Assembly (NCBI GenBank): GCA_963715985.1
Contig: CAVQSP010000014.1
Location: forward strand, 544,001 to 608,000
Reading direction: 5' to 3'
DNA: 64,000 bases
From: an uncultured Thermoleophilia bacterium
GTDB lineage: Bacteria; Actinomycetota; Thermoleophilia; UBA2241
Shown here: in pieces, positions 39,939 to 49,866 of the stretch
Position numbering within the stretch: the stretch's first letter is position 1
How the letters are laid out: each line of letters starts with the position of its first letter
Position numbers and translations under genes: made by a program
The notes under the pieces: model-generated
What the model saw: only the letters and a program-made list of their open reading frames with translations
Told to the model about the DNA's origin: nothing
Databases searched by the model: none

Positions 39939-40912
39939 GTGCGCGTCCTGACGATCGGTGAACTGGAGCGAGAGAGCGGGGTGCGCCGGCGGACGATCTA
40001 CTACTACGTCCGCCACGGCTGCTGCCGGAAGCGCAGAAGTCGAGCCCGAGCCGCGCGCTGTACACGGAGGACTACCTCGCGCTGCTGCGGGACATCGAGG
40101 CCATGCGCGGACAGGGTTTGAGGCCGGCGGAGGTGCGGTCGAGGCTCGCGGGGCGCGTGAGGGCGGCGGGCGACCACGAAGTGGACCTCGTCGCCCGCCG
40201 TGACAGGGAGACGCGGGACGCGATCCTGCGCGACTGCTACGCGCAGTTTCGCGCGCAAAGGGTACAAGGGCACGCGCATGGCCGACCTCGTGGCGGAGCT
40301 CGCCATCACTCCGCAGGTGCTGTACTCAGCACTTCGCCACGAAGCGGGACCTCTTCGTCGCCTGCTACAAAGTGGCCGTGAGGTACATGGCGGACTACTT
40401 GGCGCCACACTACGAGGACCTCGACGACCCCGGCGAGCGGCTGGTCTGGTACATGTACGCAGACTACGGCATCAAGGCGTTCGCGCCCGACATGTTCGCG
40501 CTGGCGCTGGAGTGCCGCCCAGCACGACGAGGAGGCTCGACGCGACCTGCGGGAGGCGTACGAGACGATCTTCCGCGAGCCGATCGCGGATCTGGAGCGG
40601 CTCCGCACGGTCCGACCGACGAACCCCCGATCTCCGACGAACTCATGAGCCACGGGCTCATGGGGGCGTTCGAGCAGATGCTCGCCCGCGCCACCCTCGA
40701 CGACAGGTACTCGTGGCGTGAGGTCGATGCGGACGGCGCTCGGCTTCTTCCTTGCGATGGCGGCGGCCTACCGGGGGGACGTTGGCCTGAGGGCGCTTCT
40801 CGCGCCGTACGACCAGCTTCTGGACGAGATCGCCGAGCTGCCGCCGCCAGTGCCGCCGGAACTCAGCAAGGAGCTTGACCAGTCGACCACTGCACACGCG
40901 AGGGAAGCCTGA
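39939..40912 (+). CDS. MerR-TetR fusion regulator #3; multiple frameshifts
   Basis: MRVLTIGELERESGVRRRTIYYYV; FARKGYKGTRMADLVAEL; MYADYGIKAFAP, GAFEQMLARA shared with #2. Confidence 0.8.
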
Positions 40913-40951
40913 TGCCCGTACCGCTCACCGACAGAGCGAGGGGAAGCCACG

Positions 40952-40975
40952 AAAAAGCCCCGCCGGGGCGGGGCT
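40952..40975 (-). terminator. Intrinsic terminator of rpmB
   Basis: On the minus strand: GC-rich gccccgcc/ggcggggc hairpin followed by TTTTT. Confidence 0.7.
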
Positions 40976-41021
40976 CACGTCACACGGGGACGAACCGGCG
41001 CAAGGCGCCGGCAACAGGCGA

Positions 41022-41213
41022 TCAGATGGCTTTGGTGACCTTGCCCGACTTGAGGCAGCGGGTGCAGACGTAGGCGTTCTGCGGGCGGCCGTCCTTGACG
41101 ATGCGGACGCGCTGCAGGTTGGGGTCGAAGCGGCGCTTGGTGTGGCGATGCGAGTGGCTCACGTTGTTGCCCATCGCGGGCCCCTTGCCGCAGGTCGAGC
41201 AGACTTTGGACAT
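41022..41213 (-). CDS. rpmB: 50S ribosomal protein L28 (Zn-ribbon type)
   Basis: [34 protein letters not shown]...[10 protein letters not shown]. Confidence 0.97.
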   Translation of the reverse strand: MSKVCSTCGKGPAMGNNVSHSHRHTKRRFDPNLQRVRIVKDGRPQNAYVCTRCLKSGKVTKAI

Positions 41214-41328
41214 GGTGATTCCTCAGCTTGATTGGTCGACAGCTGCGCTAGTATGCTGCAGGCCGTCGGGCAACGCAAACGCGGGCCCACCTCACCGTCC
41301 GCACGAAGACCCGAACACGCGAGGCCGC

Positions 41329-41535
41329 ATGCCGACGTTCAACAAAGACATGTCGATCTTCGAGGCCCTCGCTTCCGACCCCCGCGCGCGGGCCGTCTTC
41401 GAGGGTCACGGCATGGCCTGCTGTCTCTGCCTCGGGGCCCAGTCCGAGAGCATCGAGGCGGGGGCCATTCTCCATCAGGTCGATCCCGAGGTCGTCGTGG
41501 GTGAACTCAACCGTCTCGGCAGCCAGGAAGCCTGA
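41329..41535 (+). CDS. DUF1858 / ScdA_N-like small Cys-containing protein
   Basis: FNKDMSIFEAL..DP....VF..HGMACCLCLGAQSESIE.GA..H. Confidence 0.8.
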   Translation: MPTFNKDMSIFEALASDPRARAVFEGHGMACCLCLGAQSESIEAGAILHQVDPEVVVGELNRLGSQEA

Positions 41536-41550
41536 CCGGGAGCGGCGGCG

Positions 41551-41916
41551 ATGTCCACCACAGATCTCAAGATCCCGTTCCGCTCACCCGACCTGGCCGG
41601 CGGCATCACCGTCGCCCATCAGGTCATCGCCAAGCTCGCGGGCAAGGCGGCACGCGCCACCTACGGCGTCGTCGCTATGCAGGAGCGGCCCATGCGCAAG
41701 CTCGCGCACCTGTTCCGCGGATCATTCACCGATGGCGTGGAAGTAGCCATCGAGGAGGGGAGGGCCAACATCGGCCTCCACGTGGTGATGGAGCGTGGCG
41801 TGAACCTCGCCCAGGTCACCTCGAACCTGCAGGAGCAGGTCCGCTACCAGGTCGGCCAGGTCTGCGGCGTGCCGCTCGGCGAGATCAGCGTGCGCGTCGA
41901 GGACCTCCAGGATTGA
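41551..41916 (+). CDS. Asp23/Gls24 family protein (YloU-like)
   Basis: GITVAHQVIAKLAG.AA..TYGVVAM; position upstream of the DAK2 gene. Confidence 0.85.
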   Translation: MSTTDLKIPFRSPDLAGGITVAHQVIAKLAGKAARATYGVVAMQERPMRKLAHLFRGSFTDGVEVAIEEGRANIGLHVVMERGVNLAQVTSNLQEQVRYQVGQVCGVPLGEISVRVEDLQD

Positions 41917-43544
41917 ACGTCCGGCTCACGACCATCTCCATCATCGACGCCTCGCTGGCCGCCATCGAGGCTGAGCGGGGCGTCATCAACGACCTCAACG
42001 TGTACCCCGTCCCGGACGGCGACACGGGCACCAACCTGGCCCTCACGGTCCGCGCGGTGCTCGACGAGCTGCAGCAGAGCGACGCCGAGACCGTGGCCGA
42101 CGTGGCCGCCGCTGTGACCAAAGGGTCCCTCATGGGTGCCCGCGGCAACTCGGGGGTCATCCTCTCGCAGATCGTGCGCGGCCTGTGCGACGTGTGGGGC
42201 CGCTCGCACAACCTCACCACGGCCGGCTTCAAGGCGGCTCTTGCGGAGAGCGCCTCCAGTGCCTACCGCGCCGTCAAGGAGCCCGTGGAGGGCACCATGC
42301 TCACGGTCATCCGCGAGATGGCCACAACGGCGCAGAGCGTGCCCGACACGTTCGGCTTGGACAAGCTGCTGGTAGCGGTGGAGGAGTCCGGCAGGGTGGC
42401 GGTGGAGAACACCACCGAGCAGCTGCCGGCGCTCAAGAAGGCGGGCGTGGTGGACGCCGGCGGCTACGGGCTGCTGGTGCTGTTCCGCGGCCTCTGCGCC
42501 GGCATCGTCGCGCTCATGCAGTCCGGCGCGAGGCTGCCGACGGCGCGCGTCGCCCTGCGCAGCGGGGAGGCGCGCGTGGCTCCGGCACCCGCGCCCGTGC
42601 AGCTCTCCGAACTGTCCGAGTACCGGTATTGCACGAGCCTGCTGATCAAAGGCGAGGGCCTGGACAAGGCCGCCTTCGAGGCGTTCCTGCTGCCCATCGG
42701 CGACAGCGCCCTGGTGGTGGGCGACGAGCGCATGATCAAGGTGCACGTGCACACCAACGACCCGGGCCTGGTGCTGTCCGAGGCCGTGAAGCTGGGGTCG
42801 GTCGGCGAGATCGAGATCAACGACATGCACGAGCAGACGCGGGCCCGGGACGAGCGCCTCGCGGAGCGGGGCGTGTTTCCAGCCGCGACCGGCACCGTGG
42901 TGGTCGCCGTGGTCGCCGGAGAGGGCAACAAGGAGCTCTTCCGCGAGCTCGGCTGTGCCGCCATCGTCGACGGAGGGCAGTCCATGAACCCCAGCGCCGC
43001 GCAGCTGCTGGAGGCGGTGGAGACTCTGGGTGCGGAAGAGGTCGTGCTGCTGCCCAACAACGGCAACGTCATCCTCACCGCGGAGCAGGCGGCGGGCATG
43101 AGCTCGCGCCACATCGCGGTGGTGCCCTCCACGTCCATCCCCGTCGGCATGGCCGCGATGGTCGCGTTCGACGTCGCCAGCGACGCGGTCGGCAACGCGC
43201 GCCTGATGCAGGACGCCATCGCCGAGGTCCACTCGGCGGAGGTCACGCGCGCCGTGCGCGACTCGGAGCTCGACGGTGTGGCCGTGCGCAAGGACCAGGC
43301 GATGGCCATCGTCGACGGCCGCCTGGTCACGGCCGCAGCTGAGATCGAGGACGCATTCGCCGGCGTGCTCACGGCCTTCGCCGGCGCCGGCGCGGAGTAC
43401 ATCACCGTGCTCACAGCCCTCAACGGCTCCGGCGTCACGCGCGAGCAGCTGGAGAAGCTCGCCACGGACCTTGCGCCCGAGGCCGAAGTGGTCTTCCATG
43501 AGGGGGGTCAGCCCCTGTACCCGATCCTTGCGAGCGCCGAATGA
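41913..43544 (+). CDS. fakA: Fatty acid kinase catalytic subunit (DAK2/YloV)
   Basis: INDLNVYPVPDGDTGTNL, GARGNSGVILSQ, PVEGTMLTV, KVHVHT, GGQSMNPS, GGQPLY. Confidence 0.93.
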   Translation: MNVRLTTISIIDASLAAIEAERGVINDLNVYPVPDGDTGTNLALTVRAVLDELQQSDAETVADVAAAVTKGSLMGARGNSGVILSQIVRGLCDVWGRSHNLTTAGFKAALAESASSAYRAVKEPVEGTMLTVIREMATTAQSVPDTFGLDKLLVAVEESGRVAVENTTEQLPALKKAGVVDAGGYGLLVLFRGLCAGIVALMQSGARLPTARVALRSGEARVAPAPAPVQLSELSEYRYCTSLLIKGEGLDKAAFEAFLLPIGDSALVVGDERMIKVHVHTNDPGLVLSEAVKLGSVGEIEINDMHEQTRARDERLAERGVFPAATGTVVVAVVAGEGNKELFRELGCAAIVDGGQSMNPSAAQLLEAVETLGAEEVVLLPNNGNVILTAEQAAGMSSRHIAVVPSTSIPVGMAAMVAFDVASDAVGNARLMQDAIAEVHSAEVTRAVRDSELDGVAVRKDQAMAIVDGRLVTAAAEIEDAFAGVLTAFAGAGAEYITVLTALNGSGVTREQLEKLATDLAPEAEVVFHEGGQPLYPILASAE

Positions 43545-44401
43545 GCACGCAGCTGAGCCTTGACAACACCGCGTTCGTTCTCGACTCCACGTCGGACCCG
43601 TCGGACGGCTTCTTCGACCGGCCGGGGCTCTACATGGTCCCGCTCAAGGTCCACTTCGGCGACGAGACGTTCCGCGACGGCGTGGACATGACCTACCAGG
43701 AGTTCTTCGCGAAGCTCGAGGCCTCGGACGTGCTGCCCACCACGTCGCAGCCTACGGTCGGCGAGTTCACCGCCGCCTATGAGGAGGCGCTGAGGAGCTA
43801 CGAGCACGTGTTCTCGCTGCACATCTCCGGCGAGATGAGCGGTACAGTGCGCGCCGCCCGCCAGGCGGCGGAGGCGTTCGACAACGTGTACGTCTACGAC
43901 CTCCGCACCGTGACCTCGGCGCTGTCCCTGGGCGGCGAGCGCCTGCGCGCGCACGTGGAGCAGGGCTGCACTCTGGATGAGGCCAAGGCCTACGTGGAGC
44001 ACTTCATCGGCAACTCGAACCTGCTCGTCCACGCCGCCACCCTCGAGTACCTGCGGCGCGGCGGCCGCATCGGGCGCGCCGCCTCGTTCGTGGGCGGCGT
44101 GTTCGACATCAAGCCGCTCATCATCGCCGAGGAGGGCACGCTCACGGGCTACGCCAAGGTGCGCGGCACCAAGAAGGCCCTGGCAGGCATGCAGCGGTTT
44201 GTGGAAGAGCGCAGCAAGCCGGACGACGAGCTGTACTTCTGTACCATCGACGCCATCAACTTCGAGGAGCCGCAGCTCATCCGCGAGATGATCGAGCGCA
44301 TCCGGCCCAACTCGCACTTCGTGCTGCACGGCCACGTGGCCGCCGTGGTCGGCACCCACATCGGCCCCGGGACCTCCGCCTTTGCCATGATCGCGGAGTG
44401 A
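43541..44401 (+). CDS. fakB: DegV family fatty-acid-binding protein
   Basis: DSTSD, PTTSQP, SGT, LEYLRRGGRIG, GTHIGPG. Confidence 0.9.
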   Translation: MSTQLSLDNTAFVLDSTSDPSDGFFDRPGLYMVPLKVHFGDETFRDGVDMTYQEFFAKLEASDVLPTTSQPTVGEFTAAYEEALRSYEHVFSLHISGEMSGTVRAARQAAEAFDNVYVYDLRTVTSALSLGGERLRAHVEQGCTLDEAKAYVEHFIGNSNLLVHAATLEYLRRGGRIGRAASFVGGVFDIKPLIIAEEGTLTGYAKVRGTKKALAGMQRFVEERSKPDDELYFCTIDAINFEEPQLIREMIERIRPNSHFVLHGHVAAVVGTHIGPGTSAFAMIAE

Positions 44402-46560
44402 CCGAGCCCGGACTCCCGCTCCGCTTCGGCGGCGGCCGGTACGACGAACGGCCGCCCACCCCGCGGCTCTTCTTCCGCCCTTCTTCGCTGACCAGACCAC
44501 TGGTCGAGCTCGAGCACGTCACGCCGTCGGTCGCGCGGCGTCTCGCGGCCTTCGGCCTGGAGACCGTGGGCGACCTCATCGACCACTTCCCGCGCCGCTA
44601 CGAGGACTTCCGCGATCGCAAGCTCATCCGTGATCTGAGGGTGGGGGAGGAGGCCACGGTACGCGGGGTGGTGAACCGGGTCAGCGCGGAGCGCACTGCG
44701 CGGCGGCGCGTGGACGTGGTGCGCGTGCTCGTGAGCGACGAGACCGGCGCCGTGGACGCCGTCTGGTTCAACCAGAAGTACCTCACCAGAGTGCTTGTGG
44801 AAGGCATGCGCGTCAGCCTGCGCGGCACGTACAGGCCGCAGGGCGGGCGCGCCTCGTTCGTGGTGCGCAGCCACGAGATCCTCGAGGGGGAGGACGGCGA
44901 CTCGCTGCACACCGAGGGCGTGGTGCCGGTGTACCCGGCCAGCGAGCAGGTCTCGGCACGCCTGTTGCGTGGGCTGCTACGCGCTGTGCGCCCGGAGATG
45001 CGCCGGCTCCCGGACCCGCTCCCGGCCTGGGTGCGGGCCCGCGAGCGCCTGCCCGGGCGCGCGGCAGCCACGCTGGCGGTGCACGCGCCGCGCGACGTGC
45101 GCGAGGCGCGGGCTGCACGTGCCCGGCTGGTCCTGGAGGAGCTCCTGCTGATGCAAACGGGCCTCCTGATGCACAAGGGGGAGCAGCGGCGGCGCGTGCA
45201 CGCGCCGGCGTTCGCTGCTCCCGCCGACCTGGCCACGGCGTTCCTGGACGGGCTGCCGTTCGAGCTCACGGTCCACCAGCTGGAGGCTCTCGACGAGCTC
45301 GAGGCCGACCTCCAGAGCACGGCTCCCATGCGGCGGCTGCTGCAGGGCGACGTGGGCTCGGGCAAGACGGTCGTCGCCCTCTACTGTCTGGTGCGCGCCG
45401 CGGAGACGGGCCTGCAGGGCGCGCTCATGGCTCCTACCGAGACGCTGGCCGCGCAGCACGCCGAGACCGCCGCGCGTCTGGTCGGCCCGCTCGTGCCCAC
45501 AGAGCTGCTCACGGCCTCGCTCACGGCCCGGGAGCGCCGCGAGGCGCTGGAGCGCATCGCGAGCGGGGCTGCCGGGCTCGCCATCGGCACGCACGCCCTG
45601 TTGCAGGAGGACGTCACATTCGCCCGGCTCGGGCTGCTGGTGGTGGACGAGCAGCACCGCTTCGGCGTGGAGCAGCGTGACGCCCTGGTGCGGCGCGCAG
45701 AGACGGAGGGGCGCGCGCCGCACGTACTCCACATGACGGCGACGCCGATCCCGCGCACGCTCGCTCTCACCGTGTACGGCGACCTGGATGTGACCACCGT
45801 CGCCGGGTCACCGGCCGGCCGCCAGCCCGTCGTCACGCGCCTCGTCGATGAGACGCAGCGCGCGCAGGGCTACGAGTTCGTGCGCGGGCAGATAGCCAAA
45901 GGCCTGCAGGTGTACGTGGTGTGCCCTGCCATCGACGAGTCCGACTCCATCTCCGCGGCGACGGCGCTCGCTGAGGCGGAGCGCCTGCAGGCCGGGCCGT
46001 TCCGCGACGTGCGCGTCGCGGTGGTCCACGGCCAGCTCAGGGCCGCGGACCGCGACGAAGTCATGCGCGCCTTCAAGGCCGGTGAGGTGCAGGTGCTCGT
46101 CGCCACGAGCCTCATCGAGGTGGGCATCGACGTGCCCAACGCCACCGTGATGATCGTGGAGGGCGCCGAGCGCTTCGGCCTCGCCCAGCTCCACCAGCTG
46201 CGCGGGCGCGTGGGGAGGGGCACGGCCAAGTCGTTCTGCCTGCTCTTCTCGAACGCAGAGACCGGCGCCTCCCAGGCCCGTCTGGAGGCGCTGCTGGAGA
46301 CCAACGACGGCTTCGTGCTCGCCGACCGCGACCTCGAGATCCGCGGCGAGGGGCAGGTGATGGGGGCGCGGCAGGCGGGCGTGCCCGACCTCAAGCTCGC
46401 CCGCCTGGCCCGCGACCGCGCGGCGCTGCTGCGTGCGCGCGAACTGGCTGCGGAGATCCTCGCCGCCGACCCGGAGCTATCGGCGCCGGTCAACGGGCCG
46501 CTCGCCGACGCCATGCGCGCGGCGTTCGGCCACGAGCTCGCCTGGCTGCTCAAGGCGTGA
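44398..46560 (+). CDS. recG: ATP-dependent DNA helicase RecG
   Basis: LQGDVGSGKT, DEQHRFG, MTATPIPRTL, AERFGLAQLHQLRGRVGR. Confidence 0.97.
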   Translation: MTEPGLPLRFGGGRYDERPPTPRLFFRPSSLTRPLVELEHVTPSVARRLAAFGLETVGDLIDHFPRRYEDFRDRKLIRDLRVGEEATVRGVVNRVSAERTARRRVDVVRVLVSDETGAVDAVWFNQKYLTRVLVEGMRVSLRGTYRPQGGRASFVVRSHEILEGEDGDSLHTEGVVPVYPASEQVSARLLRGLLRAVRPEMRRLPDPLPAWVRARERLPGRAAATLAVHAPRDVREARAARARLVLEELLLMQTGLLMHKGEQRRRVHAPAFAAPADLATAFLDGLPFELTVHQLEALDELEADLQSTAPMRRLLQGDVGSGKTVVALYCLVRAAETGLQGALMAPTETLAAQHAETAARLVGPLVPTELLTASLTARERREALERIASGAAGLAIGTHALLQEDVTFARLGLLVVDEQHRFGVEQRDALVRRAETEGRAPHVLHMTATPIPRTLALTVYGDLDVTTVAGSPAGRQPVVTRLVDETQRAQGYEFVRGQIAKGLQVYVVCPAIDESDSISAATALAEAERLQAGPFRDVRVAVVHGQLRAADRDEVMRAFKAGEVQVLVATSLIEVGIDVPNATVMIVEGAERFGLAQLHQLRGRVGRGTAKSFCLLFSNAETGASQARLEALLETNDGFVLADRDLEIRGEGQVMGARQAGVPDLKLARLARDRAALLRARELAAEILAADPELSAPVNGPLADAMRAAFGHELAWLLKA

Positions 46561-46619
46561 AGGCCCCGCAGGCGACCCCGCCGAAGGGGCGTGCCGCGGA
46601 CCTCCCGTATACTCCACAC

Positions 46620-49227
46620 ATGCGCACGCCCGAGCTCATCGCCACGCACACCAACACCGACTTCGACGCCTTCGCCGCCATGCTGGCGGCGCGCAAGCTG
46701 TACCCCGAGGCGTCGATGTGCCTGGGCGGAGCCGTGAACCGCAACGTGCGCGAGTTCCAGGCTCTGCACGCCGACCTGATCCCCGTGGTCGACCCCGTCG
46801 ACGTGGAGCACGAGAGCGTGCGCCGGCTCATCCTCGTGGACACCGTGCACGCCAACCGGCTCGGAGAGCTCGGCGATCTGTGCACGCGCGACGGCGTGCA
46901 GGTGGTGGCCTTCGACCACCACACGCATCTCGACGACCTGCCGCCGTTCATCAGCGAGGACAACCTCGTCACTTCCGCTGACGGCTCGCTCGTCTCGCTG
47001 CTCGTCCGCATCATCACGCAGCGCGGTCTCGCCATCACGCCGTTCGAGGCCACCGTGTTCGCGCTCGGCATCCACGAGGACACCGGCTCGCTCACGTTCG
47101 CCACTACCACGCCGGCCGACGCGGAGGCGCTGGCCCTGTGCATGCAGTGCGGCGCCGACACCGCGCTTCTGGAGAAGTGGCTGGCCAACGCCCTCACGCC
47201 GGCCCAGCGTCACACCCTTGCAGCCGCTCTTGACACCGCCGAGGAGCTGCCGATCGCCGAGGCCACCGTGCTGATGTCCGCCCTCCATCAAGACCTGTAC
47301 GTGGAGGGCGTCAGCGTGGTCGCGCACCGCGTGATGGACCTCACCGGCTGCGACGGCTTCTTCCTGCTCGTGGAGATGGAGAACCGCGTCTTCGTCACCG
47401 CCCGCAGCCGTGGAGGCCGCCTCGACGTAGCCCGCGCCCTGGCGGTTGATCGGCGGGGGCGGCCACCCGGCCGCCGCCTCGGCCGTGGTCAAGGACCGGC
47501 CGCTCGCCGACGTCGCCGCGCAGCTTGCCGCGGCGGTGCCCGCCTCGGTGATCCCTGTGCGCACCGTCGCGGAGGTCATGGGGCCGGCGCCGGCGTCGGT
47601 CGCGCCGACGACCAGTGTGGACGACGCCGCGCTCGCGTGCCGCCGCGGCGGACTCGCAGGGACGCTCGTGAGCGACGGCGGCATGGTGCTCGGCAAGGTC
47701 GCCCTCGCCGACCTCGAGCGCGCCGCCGGCCACGGTCTCGGCCACGCGCCGGTGAAGGCCGTGATGACCACTCGCGTCACCGTGCTGCCGGCCACCACGC
47801 CGGTGGAGCGCGCCGCCCTGAGCGTGGCGCAGGACCCCATCGGCTGGGTACCCGTCGCCACTGCCGGGGAGGACGGCCAGGTGGCCGCCGCCGCCATCCT
47901 CGGCGCCGTCACGCGGCGCTCGCTCTCCGGTGGCCCCGCGCCGGTCCCGGCCGCGCCCGTGCTGGCCAACCTCGCCGGCGAGCTGGGCCAGCTTGGCCTG
48001 GACGCGCTGCTGCGCCAGATCCAGGCAGTGGCCTCCGGCGTCCGCGGCGTCTACCTGGTGGGCGGAGCCGTGCGCGACGTGCTGCTCCGCCAGCCCGGCT
48101 TCGACGTGGACATCGCCGTGGAGGGCGACGGCATCGCCTTCGCCGAGGATCTGGCCGCGCGCCTCAAGGGACATGTGCGCCCTCACGAGAAGTTCGGCAC
48201 CGCCGTCGTGGTGGCGCACGGCGCCGACGGCACCCGCCAGCGCGTGGACGTCGCCTCCACACGTTCGGAGTCCTACGAGCACCCCGGGGCCTTGCCCAAG
48301 GTGGAGCACGCGAGCATCCGCAGCGACCTCGCGCGCCGCGACTTCAGCATCAACGCCATGGCGGTGTCGCTCAAGCCCGAGACCTACGGCGACCTGCTCG
48401 ACTACTACGGCGGCCTGGCCGACCTCGACGCCGGCCGCATCGTCGTCCTGCACAACCTGAGCTTCATCGAGGATCCCACGCGCGTGTTGCGCGCCATCCG
48501 CTACGAGAACCGCTACGGCCTGCGCATGGACGAGCACACCTTCAACCTGGCGCGTGCCTGCTGCGCCATGGATCTCGTGGGCGACCTCTCCTCGGCGCGC
48601 CTGCGCGACGAGCTGGTCGCCCTGCTGGAGGAGGAGAAGGCGGACTTCTCGCTGCGCCGTATGGACGAGCTGGGGCTCACGCCGTCCATCCACGGACGCC
48701 TGCGCGCCGGCCAGAAGACCCGCGAGCTCGTGAAGCGCGGCGACGGCCTGAGCGCGGCCCACCGTCTCGGGGCCGAGATGCCGCGCTGGCGTCTGCGTCT
48801 CATCTGGATGCTGCGCGACCTGGAGCCTGAGGAGATCGCCATCTGGACCGAGCGGATGCGCATCCGCCGCCTGGATGCCGATGTGCTGGAGCGCGGCTTC
48901 GTGCTCGGCCAACGGCTTGCCGGCCGTGTGCGGCGGGGCCCGAGCGAGGCCGACCTCTACGAGTTCGCGCGTGGCGAGCCGCTCGAGGCCGTCGTCGCCG
49001 CAATGACGCTGGACGAGAGCGGCATCGCCGCCGCCCGCCTGGGCGCCTTCCTCGACGTCTCGCGCCACGTGCGCCTGGACATCACCGGCGAGGACCTGCT
49101 GGCCATGGGCTACCCGTCCTCGCCGCAGATGGGCGAGGTGCTGAGCAGCGTGCTGCACCTCAAGCTGAACGGTGTGCTGCACGGCCGCAAGGAGGAGCTG
49201 CAGGCGGCCGCGAGGATGCGCCGGTGA
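46620..49227 (+). CDS. cca: tRNA nucleotidyltransferase with DHH/DHHA1 and CBS domains (A-adding/CCA type); frameshift near 47446
   Basis: H.NTDFDA, FDHH, GIHEDTG, GGGHPAAAS; GGAVRD...DVD, DLARRDFSINAMA, EDPTR. Confidence 0.85.
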
Positions 49228-49865
49228 CGGGCAACGAGCTCTTCCTGCGCTTCATCGTCACGATGCCGCTGCTGCTGTTCAGCCTCATGCTGCACGAGCT
49301 CGCCCACGGCTGGGTGGCCGACAAGCTCGGCGACCCCACACCCAGGCAGCACGGGCGCCTGACCCTGAACCCCGTATCGCACCTCGATCTATGGGGCACG
49401 GTCATCCTCGTGCTCTCGTTCGTGGGCTCGGGCGGGCAGTTCTTCTTCGGCTGGGCCAAGCCGGTCCCCATCAGCCCGTGGCGCTTCAAGGACCCGCAGC
49501 GCGGGATGATGCTCGTGGGGGCGGCCGGGCCCGCCGCCAACTACTCGCTGGCCCTCATCTCTCTCGGCGCCATCTGGCTCACGTACACCTGGAGCCTCTT
49601 CCTCGCGCAGGCGCTGCTGCTGTCGTTCATGCTCAACATCGTCCTCGGGACGCTGAACCTGGTGCCCATCCCGCCCCTGGACGGCTCCCGCGTGCTGGGC
49701 GGCTTCTTGCCGCGCAAGGTGTACCCGCGCTGGCTGGCGCTGGACAGGTACGGCAACTGGGTCTTCCTCGGCATCGTCGCGATCATGGTGGCGTTCCCCG
49801 CGGTCTTCGACGCCACCATAGGCGCCGTGCTGCGGTGGACGTACAACTTCCTCCCGGGCGGCTGA
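49224..49865 (+). CDS. Site-2 protease, M50 family (YwhC-like)
   Basis: HELAH, GDPT...GRLTLNP..HLD, AGP..N, NLVPIPPLDG. Confidence 0.92.
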   Translation: MTGNELFLRFIVTMPLLLFSLMLHELAHGWVADKLGDPTPRQHGRLTLNPVSHLDLWGTVILVLSFVGSGGQFFFGWAKPVPISPWRFKDPQRGMMLVGAAGPAANYSLALISLGAIWLTYTWSLFLAQALLLSFMLNIVLGTLNLVPIPPLDGSRVLGGFLPRKVYPRWLALDRYGNWVFLGIVAIMVAFPAVFDATIGAVLRWTYNFLPGG

Positions 49866-49866
49866 G

